Below are positions 46,820 to 59,070 of a stretch of 64,000 nt of DNA, in pieces. The notes under the pieces were generated by a model that worked only from the letters and a program-made list of their open reading frames with translations, was not told the DNA's origin and ran no database searches. Both the position numbers and the translations under genes were made by a program. The DNA comes from an uncultured archaeon (GTDB taxonomy: Archaea > Iainarchaeota > Iainarchaeia > Iainarchaeales > CAZILS01): contig CAZILS010000001.1 of assembly GCA_964540145.1 (NCBI GenBank), positions 208,724 through 272,723 of the forward strand, given 5' to 3'. Numbering within the stretch: the first letter of the stretch is position 1; each line of letters starts with the position of its first letter.

Positions 46820-47248
46820 TTACCTCTTCACCTTTTCCTTCCTTCCGCTTCTGAGCATCTCAAGAGCCTGGTCGTTAACCTTGACAACCTTGTATTTCAC
46901 GCCCCAAAGGTCTCCTTTCGCACCCTTTTTGCTTCCGCCGATGCCCTCAATTATAACCTCGTCGTGCTCATCAATAAATTTAATAGCCCCGTCGCCCGGC
47001 GCAAGTGCGGTAACCTGCACCCCGTTTTTTATCAATTGTACCCTCACGCACTTTCTTATGCCCGAGTTTGGCTGCCTTGCCGTCACTCCCCTCTTTTCCC
47101 TTACAATCGCCCTTGCCTGGGGAGCCCCCTTCAGGGGGTCAAATTTTATGTTAAGATTAAGCATTTTCTCCTTGTAATCCCTGTCCTTCCATTTCCACTT
47201 CTGCCGGGTGTTTTCCAGGGATGCCGCTGCAAACTCGCCTCTAGCCAT
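46820..47248 (-). CDS. rps12: ribosomal protein uS12
   Basis: [22 protein letters not shown].....DEHDEV.I.G.GG. Confidence 0.92.
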   Translation of the reverse strand: MARGEFAAASLENTRQKWKWKDRDYKEKMLNLNIKFDPLKGAPQARAIVREKRGVTARQPNSGIRKCVRVQLIKNGVQVTALAPGDGAIKFIDEHDEVIIEGIGGSKKGAKGDLWGVKYKVVKVNDQALEMLRSGRKEKVKR

Positions 47249-47252
47249 ATCT

Positions 47253-47666
47253 TCACCGTACCTTCACATTTCCAATACCATAAACTTCTTTCATGATACC
47301 CCTTATTTTTTTTATCTTACCGATATTCTGAAGCAATTTCCTTTTATTTGTTGGTTCGGGCGTAACGAAAAGTGTTTTCACGCCCTCATTCTCTTTTGCC
47401 TCGACCTTTCCGATTTCAATGCCCCTAAAGGCCTTCTTGAGAAAACCCTCCGGGCTTTCCGCATACTCAAAGACGCCAACTTCCAAGCCCAATTTTTCCC
47501 TGAGCTTTTTGATGTTGGCCCCCTGTTTCCCTATTGCTTTTCCCGCCTGCCCCTCGCTTACGAGGAAGGATATCTCCCCCGGGCCGACAAGGCAGTATTT
47601 TGCCTGTGCGCCTGAAATTGTTTCCAGGGCGTTGATATAGCCGATTTCCCTGTTGGTCATTCTCAT
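47253..47666 (-). CDS. nusA: archaeal NusA-like protein (two KH domains)
   Basis: [20 protein letters not shown] motif. Canonical slot between L30e and S12. Confidence 0.8.
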   Translation of the reverse strand: MRMTNREIGYINALETISGAQAKYCLVGPGEISFLVSEGQAGKAIGKQGANIKKLREKLGLEVGVFEYAESPEGFLKKAFRGIEIGKVEAKENEGVKTLFVTPEPTNKRKLLQNIGKIKKIRGIMKEVYGIGNVKVR

Positions 47667-47673
47667 TGTTCTG

Positions 47674-47985
47674 TCACTTACGTTTCTTTGCTATATCAAG
47701 AACTTTGCTCTTTCCGGGATTTTCTACCGCCATGGCCGACACAGTGAACGGTTTTCCGCACACAGAACCAAGGTTCTTTCCGGTGCCCTCATACCGGAAG
47801 TGCGGAATTTCAGCCATTTCAGAAAGCGCAAGGAGTTTCTCCTTTGCAGGCGCCATAATATTTGCGCTTATAATAATTAATTGCGCTTTACCCTTTAAAA
47901 TACTTTTCTCAGACTGGGTTGTGCCGAAAACTACCTTTCCTCCGTCAACAGCCCTCCTAATCTCGGTCTCCGGGTTTATTTCCAT
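47674..47985 (-). CDS. rpl30e: ribosomal protein eL30
   Basis: GKVVFGT.QS.K.I..GKA.L.I.S.N; G....LG..CGKPF.VS..A. Confidence 0.88.
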   Translation of the reverse strand: MEINPETEIRRAVDGGKVVFGTTQSEKSILKGKAQLIIISANIMAPAKEKLLALSEMAEIPHFRYEGTGKNLGSVCGKPFTVSAMAVENPGKSKVLDIAKKRK

Positions 47986-47989
47986 ATTC

Positions 47990-51876
<3,887 letters not shown>

Positions 51877-51879
51877 TTT

Positions 51880-53715
51880 TTACACCTTGTCCTTTATTAC
51901 CAGCTTGGGGTATATCCCCAACGCCTTAAGCTCATCGAGCAGCAGCTTGAAGCCATAGCTCATCTCAACAGGGTAGACCTTGCTGCTTCCGCACATCAGG
52001 CAAGTCCTTTTCTTCCTTATGAGGTCGTTCATCGCTATGATTCCGCACTTTTCACAAACCAACTGCACAGCCTTGTCGCTGTCATCGATAAATTTCTCCT
52101 GCAGCAGCATTGCCGCCCCGTGCCCCACCAGGGCCTCCCCTTCCATCTCCCCGAACCTAAGGCCTCCTTCCTTCTCCTTTCCTTCGGTTGGCTGCCTTGT
52201 CAGTATCTGGACAGGCCCTCTTGACCTTGCCTGGATTTTGTGCCTCACCATGTGGAACAGCCTCCTGTAGGCGACAACCCCTGTGAAAATTTCCCCGTCT
52301 ATCCTTTCTCCCGTCAAACCATCGTAGAATACTTCCTTGCCGTCGTTCCTCAAGCCGCGCTCATGTAACATCTTTCCAAGCTCATCCTTGCTCACCTCGT
52401 CGAAAGGGCTTCCGTCAATAACCTCGCCTTTCATTGCCGCAGCCTTGCCTGCAAGCATCTCGATTAAGTGCCCGATTGTCATCCTTGAAGGTATGGAATG
52501 CGGATTTAATATCAGGTCTGGCTTAATCCCATCCGCAGTGAACGGCATATCCTCCTCGGGAACTATTGCGCCAACAACCCCTTTCTGCCCGTGCCTTGAC
52601 GAAAACTTGTCCCCAATTTCCGGTATCATTGAGCTCCTGACCTTAATCTTAACAACCTTGTGTCCCGCATCCCCCTCCGTAAGCATAATCCTGTCAATGA
52701 CCCCGTTTTTCCCCTTTCTCAGGGTTGTTGAGGATTCCCTTCTCTTTTCCTTCACAACGCCAAACTCCGAAACTTCCTCCAAAAACCTTGGGGGCGAGGT
52801 CTTCCCGACAATCGCCTCGTTCTCTTCGATAGGTGCCTCGATATGTGCCATCCCGTCCTCGCCAAGATGCACATAGGTTTCCTCCCCCAGATAGCCGACG
52901 GTTTCCTCGTCGGGCCTTTCGAACTTGTCAACCTGCCCGCCAGGATAGCGGTTCTCAACACTGTTGTAAATCCTGAAGTAACTGCTCCTTGCAAGCGCCC
53001 TGTCGATTGCGCCCTTGTTGACTATCACCGCATCAAGAATGTTGAACCCATACCAAGGGAGTATTGCGACAACAAAGTTCTGGGCCTGCGGCCTCTTGTT
53101 AAAATTAAGTATGTCCATGGTCTTTGTCTTGACCAATGCCTTTTCAGGGTAGTGCAAAAAGAAACTTTCGGTATCGGTCCTCAGGTTGTGGTTTATTGCG
53201 GCAATCCCCTGCGCCTGCTTGAACATCTTCGCCCCATGAAGCACCTTTCCCGCCATATTGTGCTGCAGGTAAGGTATCATCGAGGTAATAACGCTCAAAG
53301 TGCCTACAGGATCAATCTCCAAGTGGGTGTGCTCCTTCGTGATTTCCTCGGGAACAGCCGCAACCAGGGTGTTCTCCTCCTCATCAGCATCGACAAACTC
53401 AATTATGCCTTTTGCTAGGAGGTCGGACCAGGTCAGCTTCCCATCCCCGACCTGCTTAATCATCTCATCCGTAAGCTTTGCTTTGCCGTTCTCGACAACA
53501 ACAAGCGGCCTCTGCACCCTTCCGGAATCGGTGTTGACAAAAACTTCATTAGTATCCTCCTGCAAAGCTATGTTTGCCTGCGGCGCTATTTTCCCCTGCC
53601 TTCTTTTTTCCCTCAAATCCGCGACAAGCTTTTCTGGGTTTGCATGGAAACCGATAAGCCTTCCATTGATGTAGACCTTTGCCTTTTTGCTTATAGCTAT
53701 TGCCGCCATAATCAC
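51880..53715 (-). CDS. rpoB1: RNA polymerase subunit B' (C-terminal half of split Rpo2)
   Basis: GDKFSSRHGQKGV, GGLRFGEME, C-terminal zinc motif CEKCG...CLMCG. Start is GTG 53715 or ATG 53709. Confidence 0.95.
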   Translation of the reverse strand: MIMAAIAISKKAKVYINGRLIGFHANPEKLVADLREKRRQGKIAPQANIALQEDTNEVFVNTDSGRVQRPLVVVENGKAKLTDEMIKQVGDGKLTWSDLLAKGIIEFVDADEEENTLVAAVPEEITKEHTHLEIDPVGTLSVITSMIPYLQHNMAGKVLHGAKMFKQAQGIAAINHNLRTDTESFFLHYPEKALVKTKTMDILNFNKRPQAQNFVVAILPWYGFNILDAVIVNKGAIDRALARSSYFRIYNSVENRYPGGQVDKFERPDEETVGYLGEETYVHLGEDGMAHIEAPIEENEAIVGKTSPPRFLEEVSEFGVVKEKRRESSTTLRKGKNGVIDRIMLTEGDAGHKVVKIKVRSSMIPEIGDKFSSRHGQKGVVGAIVPEEDMPFTADGIKPDLILNPHSIPSRMTIGHLIEMLAGKAAAMKGEVIDGSPFDEVSKDELGKMLHERGLRNDGKEVFYDGLTGERIDGEIFTGVVAYRRLFHMVRHKIQARSRGPVQILTRQPTEGKEKEGGLRFGEMEGEALVGHGAAMLLQEKFIDDSDKAVQLVCEKCGIIAMNDLIRKKRTCLMCGSSKVYPVEMSYGFKLLLDELKALGIYPKLVIKDKV

Positions 53716-53717
53716 AC

Positions 53718-55178
53718 CTATTTCAATTTCACTCCCATTTCATCCAAAATCTTCTCGACAGGCTCCTCTTCGGTTTCTGTTGTTACTTTTGTGAGGATGG
53801 CGAGGTTCTTCACCAAACCACACTGGGGCCCATCCGGAGTTTCTATCGGGCAGAGCCTTCCCCAATGGGTTCCATGGACATCCCTCGCCTCGTAAAGCTC
53901 CCTGTTTTTGTCAAGAGGGCTTTTAACCTTCCTTATGTCGGTGAGCGGGGCAAGGTAATTAACGCGGTCCATAAACTTGCTTACGCCGGTCGCCCTGCCT
54001 ATCCAGTTGCCTGTGCTCATGGCAAACCTTATCCTTTCGCTTATCGCGCCGGGCCTGACAATCGTTGAAATGTTAAGCTTCCTTCTCCTTGTAACCGTCC
54101 TATCAATCTGGAACTTCAAATCCTTCACAAAGTACTTGAAGGAATACCTGAACAGGTGCTCCATCAGCTTCCCGCTTAGCTCTAACCTTTTGTTTGCGTA
54201 ATGGTCCTTGTCATCATCGCCCCTCAGGCCGTATGCCCTCTCGATTGCCTTGCTCGCCATCATAATCAGATAAAATGCCTTTGTCAACCTGTCCTTGTTT
54301 GTCTGCCCGATATGCGGCAGGAGGAACGCATCAATAACTTCCTGCGCCCTTCTCAACCTGTATTCCTCGACCTGCCCCGGCGCAACATATTTCCCCAGGG
54401 TGTCAAGCGCCTCTTTCTCAGTCCTCACAATATTGTTCTCGACATTAATCAGCACATCGTTGGTAACTTCCTTTTCGTCGGAGAAAGCCGACCTTATATC
54501 CTCATCCTTTTTGAGGCCAAGCGCCCTTAGCAGCACAAACAGCTTAAGTTTCTTGGGGGAAGCCGGGAAACTCACATTGAGCATGCCGTCATTGTCCCTT
54601 ATTATCCTCACCCTTCCCTTAAATGCGCCCTTTGTGGAGATAACCTCCGAGATTATTTTATCGCCCTGCTCGGAAACCAGCACCCTGTCGGGAGCGAGAA
54701 CTTCCTGGGTTATCAAAACCTTTTCAGAGCCGTTGATAACAAAGTAACCGCCGAAGTCCATCGGGTCTTCGCCCATCTCAACAAGCTCCTCTTCGGTCTT
54801 GCCGTCAAGATAGCAGCGGTTCGATTTCAGCATAATCGGCATCTCGCCAACGTAGGCGTTCTGGAAGTCCTGCTCGACATCCCTTCTCAGCAATCTCATG
54901 GTAAGGTGGATAGGGCCTGCGTAGGTCCTGTTCCTTGTCCTTGCCTCCATGGGGAAAAAATCAAACCTTGGGCTTCCGTCGGCCTCAATGATTTTCGGCT
55001 TGTCAACGGTAATCCTGCCCAGCTCAATTTTGACTTCCTCAATCTTCGGTATAATCAGCCTGTTTTCCTCGACAATGTCATCCAGCTTCTTCTCAAGGAA
55101 CTGGTTGAAAGAATCAATCTCCATCTGCGCAAAGCTTTTCTCCCGGCACGCAGCCATAACAAGGGGCCAGCCTTTCAT
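53718..55178 (-). CDS. rpoB2: RNA polymerase subunit B'' (N-terminal half of split Rpo2)
   Basis: SFN.F.......IV; GYF.INGSEKV...QE; ends ..P.GL.KNLA, consistent with the known euryarchaeal-type split point. Confidence 0.93.
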   Translation of the reverse strand: MKGWPLVMAACREKSFAQMEIDSFNQFLEKKLDDIVEENRLIIPKIEEVKIELGRITVDKPKIIEADGSPRFDFFPMEARTRNRTYAGPIHLTMRLLRRDVEQDFQNAYVGEMPIMLKSNRCYLDGKTEEELVEMGEDPMDFGGYFVINGSEKVLITQEVLAPDRVLVSEQGDKIISEVISTKGAFKGRVRIIRDNDGMLNVSFPASPKKLKLFVLLRALGLKKDEDIRSAFSDEKEVTNDVLINVENNIVRTEKEALDTLGKYVAPGQVEEYRLRRAQEVIDAFLLPHIGQTNKDRLTKAFYLIMMASKAIERAYGLRGDDDKDHYANKRLELSGKLMEHLFRYSFKYFVKDLKFQIDRTVTRRRKLNISTIVRPGAISERIRFAMSTGNWIGRATGVSKFMDRVNYLAPLTDIRKVKSPLDKNRELYEARDVHGTHWGRLCPIETPDGPQCGLVKNLAILTKVTTETEEEPVEKILDEMGVKLK

Positions 55179-55408
55179 ACAACCACCCTGTAGTAGATTG
55201 TACTGCCCGCAGTTATGCTGTTCCTTGTGATTTTGAGAACATCCCCTCTTTCGGCATTGACTGCCTCGACTGCGGGGTCTGCCTTGGAAATTTGCGGGAA
55301 CTGGTCGAGTTCCGAACCGAACTTATCGAGAAGCTCCCGAACTTTCTCCTTAGGAACTACCTCGTGCTTCGGAACAAGCTTGTGCTCGGTTACCTTCTTA
55401 AGTACCAA
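55175..55408 (-). CDS. rpoH: RNA polymerase subunit H (Rpo5)
   Basis: H.LVPKHEVV..E.....L........LP.I...DP.......GDV.KI.R.S...G pattern. TTG start; ATGA overlap with B''. Confidence 0.85.
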   Translation of the reverse strand: MVLKKVTEHKLVPKHEVVPKEKVRELLDKFGSELDQFPQISKADPAVEAVNAERGDVLKITRNSITAGSTIYYRVVV

Positions 55409-55601
55409 CTATTTTCCCCTCTTAACCCACTGGTTCTGTTAATCTGGTTAACCCAATTCTCAGGCAAATGCAAGGCTGCATTTAAGCGCCCTCAAAATTT
55501 CACCAACCTGAGAAAAATCGCTGCACCACATATACAGATAATTGCAATTTACTAATTTCTAAATAGAAACAAATATAAATACATTGGTGTTTTTCCGGAT
55601 T

Positions 55602-56336
55602 TCACTTCCCCCCGGCAAATTTCCTGCCGTAGGCGATTGCAATCTGTATGTTGCCCTGCGCCTCGGAGAATGCGGGGTGTTCCCCCGCGCCTTTCTTTCC
55701 GAGCCTCAGGTTTTCTTTCCTGAATTCCTCCTTGAAAAGCTTCAGCAATGCATTGACGTGCTTTTCCGCCTCGCAGAGTTCTTCTTTGGAGGGCAGGTCT
55801 TTTGGGTTGATGCCCTCAAGCGCCCGGTCAAGCGGCTTTTTGCTTTTCCTGGCCAGGGCGAGTGCGGTAAAGAGATTCCCGAACCTGGCCCTCATGCCTT
55901 TTCTCCCCAGTATAACTGCGTCCCTTTGGGGTTTTGTGCCGCCGTCCCCGGGAAGCCCGTGCATCCTCCTCTCAATTTCCGATTTTACGAGCGCCCACAT
56001 CCTCCTCCCGACAATCCTTTTGGCATCCTCGGAACCGGGGTCAAGATTCGCTATAGCCCTTACGGCATCCCTCGCCACAATCCGCCTCCTGCGTTCGGCT
56101 TTCACCATTTTCACATGCGGCTCAAGAAATTTTATGAAAGTTTTTATCCCGCCTTTGCCGCTAAACTTCGCCTTAAGTTTTTTGAGATCTTCCGGGCTGA
56201 GTTCGTTCGCGTATTTTTTCCAATCCCCCGGGCTTTTTCTTTTACGGTATGCCTCGCGGAGGAGCCGCTCCCTCCGCAGTAGGCCTATGGTAGAATCCTG
56301 TGTTTTGGCATTTGCTCCGGGATGCGGTTTAGCCAT
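55602..56336 (-). CDS. 244-aa basic, predicted all-helical hypothetical protein
   Basis: Clean ATG-to-stop ORF in an otherwise non-coding slot, Arg/Lys-rich. No signal peptide, TM or recognisable catalytic or DNA-binding motif. Confidence 0.55.
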   Translation of the reverse strand: MAKPHPGANAKTQDSTIGLLRRERLLREAYRKRKSPGDWKKYANELSPEDLKKLKAKFSGKGGIKTFIKFLEPHVKMVKAERRRRIVARDAVRAIANLDPGSEDAKRIVGRRMWALVKSEIERRMHGLPGDGGTKPQRDAVILGRKGMRARFGNLFTALALARKSKKPLDRALEGINPKDLPSKEELCEAEKHVNALLKLFKEEFRKENLRLGKKGAGEHPAFSEAQGNIQIAIAYGRKFAGGK

Positions 56337-56444
56337 AATACTCTTCTTCTGCCCGGGCTAATAAGCCTTTCGCCGGGGAAAAATTGTTCCGAAACCAACA
56401 TTTAAAACCAACATTTATATTTCTTTATGTATAAACTTACACTT

Positions 56445-57527
56445 ATGGCGCTTGACTCTTTGGCAGGCTTTTTTTCGCTCGACATATTTTCCCAGACATA
56501 CGCGGGCTCAAGCATAGGGCAGTATGCCCTGTTCCTGGGGGTTGTCCTTGCTGCCGCAATCCTGGGCAAGGCCGCAAGCTTCTTTGCCAAGGTCTATTTG
56601 AGGAGATTGGCGGAGAAAACCAAGAACAACTTCGATGACTTCCTCATAGACATCATCGAAAAACCCATTCTGCTTGTGTTCATCATACCGGGCCTTTACT
56701 TCGGCGGGCAGTTCCTTTCGCTCCCTCCTGAAATAGCCCCGACCTATTTCAACCTCATAGGGGTTCTCGCCGTATTTGCGGGTGTTTGGGTTTCGCTGGG
56801 AATTATCGACGGCATAATCAGGCATTTTGTGAAGCCGTTCACCGAGAAAACCGAGACAAAGCTGGACGACCAGATAATCCCAGTTGTTTCAAGAACGCTT
56901 AAGATAGGCGTTATAGGCATAGCACTCATAATAATCATGGACAGTTTCGGTTATGATGTAACGGCGATAATCGCGGGCCTTGGAATAGGCGGTTTGGCAT
57001 TCGCCTTCGCCGCAAAGGACACAATCGCCAACCTTTTTGGGGGGGCATCCATCTTCGCAGGGAGGCAGTTCCATGTAGGGGATATAATCGAGATTGAAGG
57101 GGTTTTAGGAATTGTCGAGGAAATAGGCATAAGGATAACGAAGATAAGGGATTTTGACGGCAGGATAATTTCGATGCCGAACGCAAACGTTGCGAACGCC
57201 ACAATAAAGAACATAACCTCGGAGCCTTCCAAAAGGATTGTGATGGTTTTAGGGCTTGTCTACAGCACATCTCTGAAGGACATGCAGAAAGCGCTTCAGA
57301 TACTCGCAAAAATAGTGGACAGCCATCCCGGCTGTGAGAATAGCCCCGATGCGCACTTCGACGAGTTTGCCGATTCCTCCCTAAACATACGCTTCGCATA
57401 CAAGATAAAGGACAAGGGCAACTGGAGAGTAATTAAGCACGAAATCAACCTCGCGGTTATGAAGGAGTTTGAGAAGGCAAAGTTAGAATTTGCCTACCCC
57501 TCACAGAGCATCTACCTCGAGAAATGA
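56445..57527 (+). CDS. mscS: MscS-family mechanosensitive channel
   Basis: TM3-beta domain signature: AGLGIGGLAFAFAAKDTIANLFGG..I......F.VGD.I.I....G.VEEIG.R.T.IR. The track start 56427 lies only 6 nt after the TTTATATT box (56414-56421). ATG at 56445 fits a leaderless start ~24 nt downstream. Confidence 0.85.
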   Translation: MALDSLAGFFSLDIFSQTYAGSSIGQYALFLGVVLAAAILGKAASFFAKVYLRRLAEKTKNNFDDFLIDIIEKPILLVFIIPGLYFGGQFLSLPPEIAPTYFNLIGVLAVFAGVWVSLGIIDGIIRHFVKPFTEKTETKLDDQIIPVVSRTLKIGVIGIALIIIMDSFGYDVTAIIAGLGIGGLAFAFAAKDTIANLFGGASIFAGRQFHVGDIIEIEGVLGIVEEIGIRITKIRDFDGRIISMPNANVANATIKNITSEPSKRIVMVLGLVYSTSLKDMQKALQILAKIVDSHPGCENSPDAHFDEFADSSLNIRFAYKIKDKGNWRVIKHEINLAVMKEFEKAKLEFAYPSQSIYLEK

Positions 57528-57537
57528 GGATTTTAAC

Positions 57538-57562
57538 CTTTTCCTAACCTATTTACGCTATG
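57538..57562 (+). repeat. left copy of a perfect 25-bp direct repeat ending in the GNAT start codon
   Basis: CTTTTCCTAACCTATTTACGCTATG; identical at 58347-58371. Confidence 0.95.
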
Positions 57563-58117
57563 GCTTGCATTGTTGCTGCCGACTTGGAAGTGGAACAGAT
57601 AAATTCTTCGCACACCGCCTTGTTTAGGAATTTCAGTTCCTTTGAAAAGGAACTGGCGGATTTTCTGAAAGAGGATGCTTTGAATAACCAGGCTGCGAGA
57701 GTTTCCACTACGCACCTATGGTTTCACAAGCCCTCAAAAGAATTAGTGGGATATGTTACGCTATTAACTGACAAGATAAGCCTCCATGCGCCCCTGAAAG
57801 AAAAGTTCAGAAACAAGGGAATAAATTACAAGTCCCTTCCCGCAGTAAAAATCGGAAGAATCTGTGTTGCGGACAAATTCCTGAGGAGAGGGATAGGCAC
57901 GTTGATGGTGCAGTCAGTGATTTATCTTATGCGGGAAATCAATGAGAAGGCGGGCTGCAGGTTCATTACGGTTGATGCCAAGAGGAATCCCGATAAAGCG
58001 AAAGACTCACTGCGATTTTATAAGGCGATGAATTTCGAGGTCTATAAATCCAGAAAGAAAGGCGCGATGCCAATGTATAAAGATGTTTCAAAACTTATTG
58101 ATAGTTTAAGAAACTAG
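57560..58117 (+). CDS. GNAT-fold N-acetyltransferase resembling TacT/AtaT-type toxin acetyltransferases
   Basis: N-terminal F.S....L..FLKE.AL.NQ...ST layout. Acetyl-CoA motif IGRICVADKFLRRGIGTLMV. C-terminal RFYKAMNFEV. Confidence 0.65.
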   Translation: MACIVAADLEVEQINSSHTALFRNFSSFEKELADFLKEDALNNQAARVSTTHLWFHKPSKELVGYVTLLTDKISLHAPLKEKFRNKGINYKSLPAVKIGRICVADKFLRRGIGTLMVQSVIYLMREINEKAGCRFITVDAKRNPDKAKDSLRFYKAMNFEVYKSRKKGAMPMYKDVSKLIDSLRN

Positions 58118-58278
58118 ACTGAAAACTGCGAGAAGAACTTTTCATTCTTCCTGATTTCTGCGGCTATTTTTTTGTCTACTTTGCTTATTGGGCTCTTATC
58201 AAAGGCGTGCATTTTTTTGATGAAATCAACTGCTTCTTGCCCGCGAAGCTCCGGAGTTGCGCGTATCGGTTTTGCCAT
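58114..58278 (-). CDS. 54-aa hypothetical small protein (below the ORF-track cutoff), convergent with the GNAT gene and overlapping it
   Basis: Hand translation: MAKPIRATPELRGQEAVDFIKKMHAFDKSPISKVDKKIAAEIRKNEKFFSQFSV. Its stop and the GNAT stop share the tetranucleotide CTAG (58114-58117). AT-rich TATA-like boxes lie 20-40 nt upstream on the minus strand. Confidence 0.45.
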   Translation of the reverse strand: MAKPIRATPELRGQEAVDFIKKMHAFDKSPISKVDKKIAAEIRKNEKFFSQFSV

Positions 58279-58346
58279 AGTATCCCCTTGCCGCAGATAT
58301 ATTGTCTCTGACTATTTTTAAACGTTAGTTGAAAGCACTATATTAA

Positions 58347-58371
58347 CTTTTCCTAACCTATTTACGCTATG
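58347..58371 (+). repeat. right copy of the perfect 25-bp direct repeat ending in the ribK/rbkR start codon
   Basis: CTTTTCCTAACCTATTTACGCTATG; identical at 57538-57562. Confidence 0.95.
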
Positions 58372-59028
58372 AAATCTTCGGGCCTTAGGTTGCTCGCATA
58401 CCTCGCGGACAAGGGAGCGTTGCACGGGGAGTGCTTCTGCACAACATCCGAGCTTGCCCATGAACTGAAAACCTCGCAGCAGACCGCCTCAAGGAGGCTG
58501 CGCGAGCTTGAAAGCCGGGCGCTGATTGAAAGAAATCCGACAACCGCGGGCGTTGAGGTAAAGTTAACTTCTCTTGGAAAGAAGGAACTCCAAAACCAGT
58601 ACTCCCTGCTCAAAAGAATATTCGGCAAGCCCTTCGGCAAGAAGAAAATCCTTTCAGGCGTTGTCGAGAGGGGGGTTGGGGAAGGCAGTTACTACATCTC
58701 CCTTAAAGGTTACTTAACCCAGTTCAGGGAGAAGCTGGGCATAAATCCCTATGCCGGCACCCTGAACCTAAGGGTATCTGAAACAGAGCTTAGCAGGTTC
58801 CTCACAGGCCTTGAAAAGGTGAACATCGCGGGCTTCAAAACAAAGGAAAGGACGTTCGGGGAAATCGACGCATATCTAGCCATAATAAATTCTTCGGTTA
58901 AGGGCGCCCTCATCCTCCCGAAGCGAACAACCCACCCTTCGAACATCGTGGAACTTATCTCCGAGGATTACCTTCGCGGGAAACTGATGCTTAGGGACGG
59001 GGACCGGGTTAAGGTTTTTTCATCGTAG
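58369..59028 (+). CDS. ribK: wHTH-fused CTP-dependent riboflavin kinase (RbkR-like bifunctional regulator/kinase)
   Basis: N-terminal wHTH (TSELAHELKTSQQTASRRLRELE). C-terminal archaeal RibK/DUF120 pattern G.V..G.GEG..Y......Y...F...LG..PY.GTLN...; PKRT.H. Confidence 0.8.
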   Translation: MKSSGLRLLAYLADKGALHGECFCTTSELAHELKTSQQTASRRLRELESRALIERNPTTAGVEVKLTSLGKKELQNQYSLLKRIFGKPFGKKKILSGVVERGVGEGSYYISLKGYLTQFREKLGINPYAGTLNLRVSETELSRFLTGLEKVNIAGFKTKERTFGEIDAYLAIINSSVKGALILPKRTTHPSNIVELISEDYLRGKLMLRDGDRVKVFSS

Positions 59029-59070
59029 CCTTTTCCTCGTGTAGCGGTACTGCCTCTCGGGCAACCAGGC

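Noticed and set aside
58300-58371. Integron attC-like site flanking the GNAT cassette (GTTAG...CTAAC).
   Set aside because: There is only a 5-bp inverted repeat and no GTTRRRY core. No integrase or cassette array is in the window. It is kept only as an alternative to test in the repeat finding.
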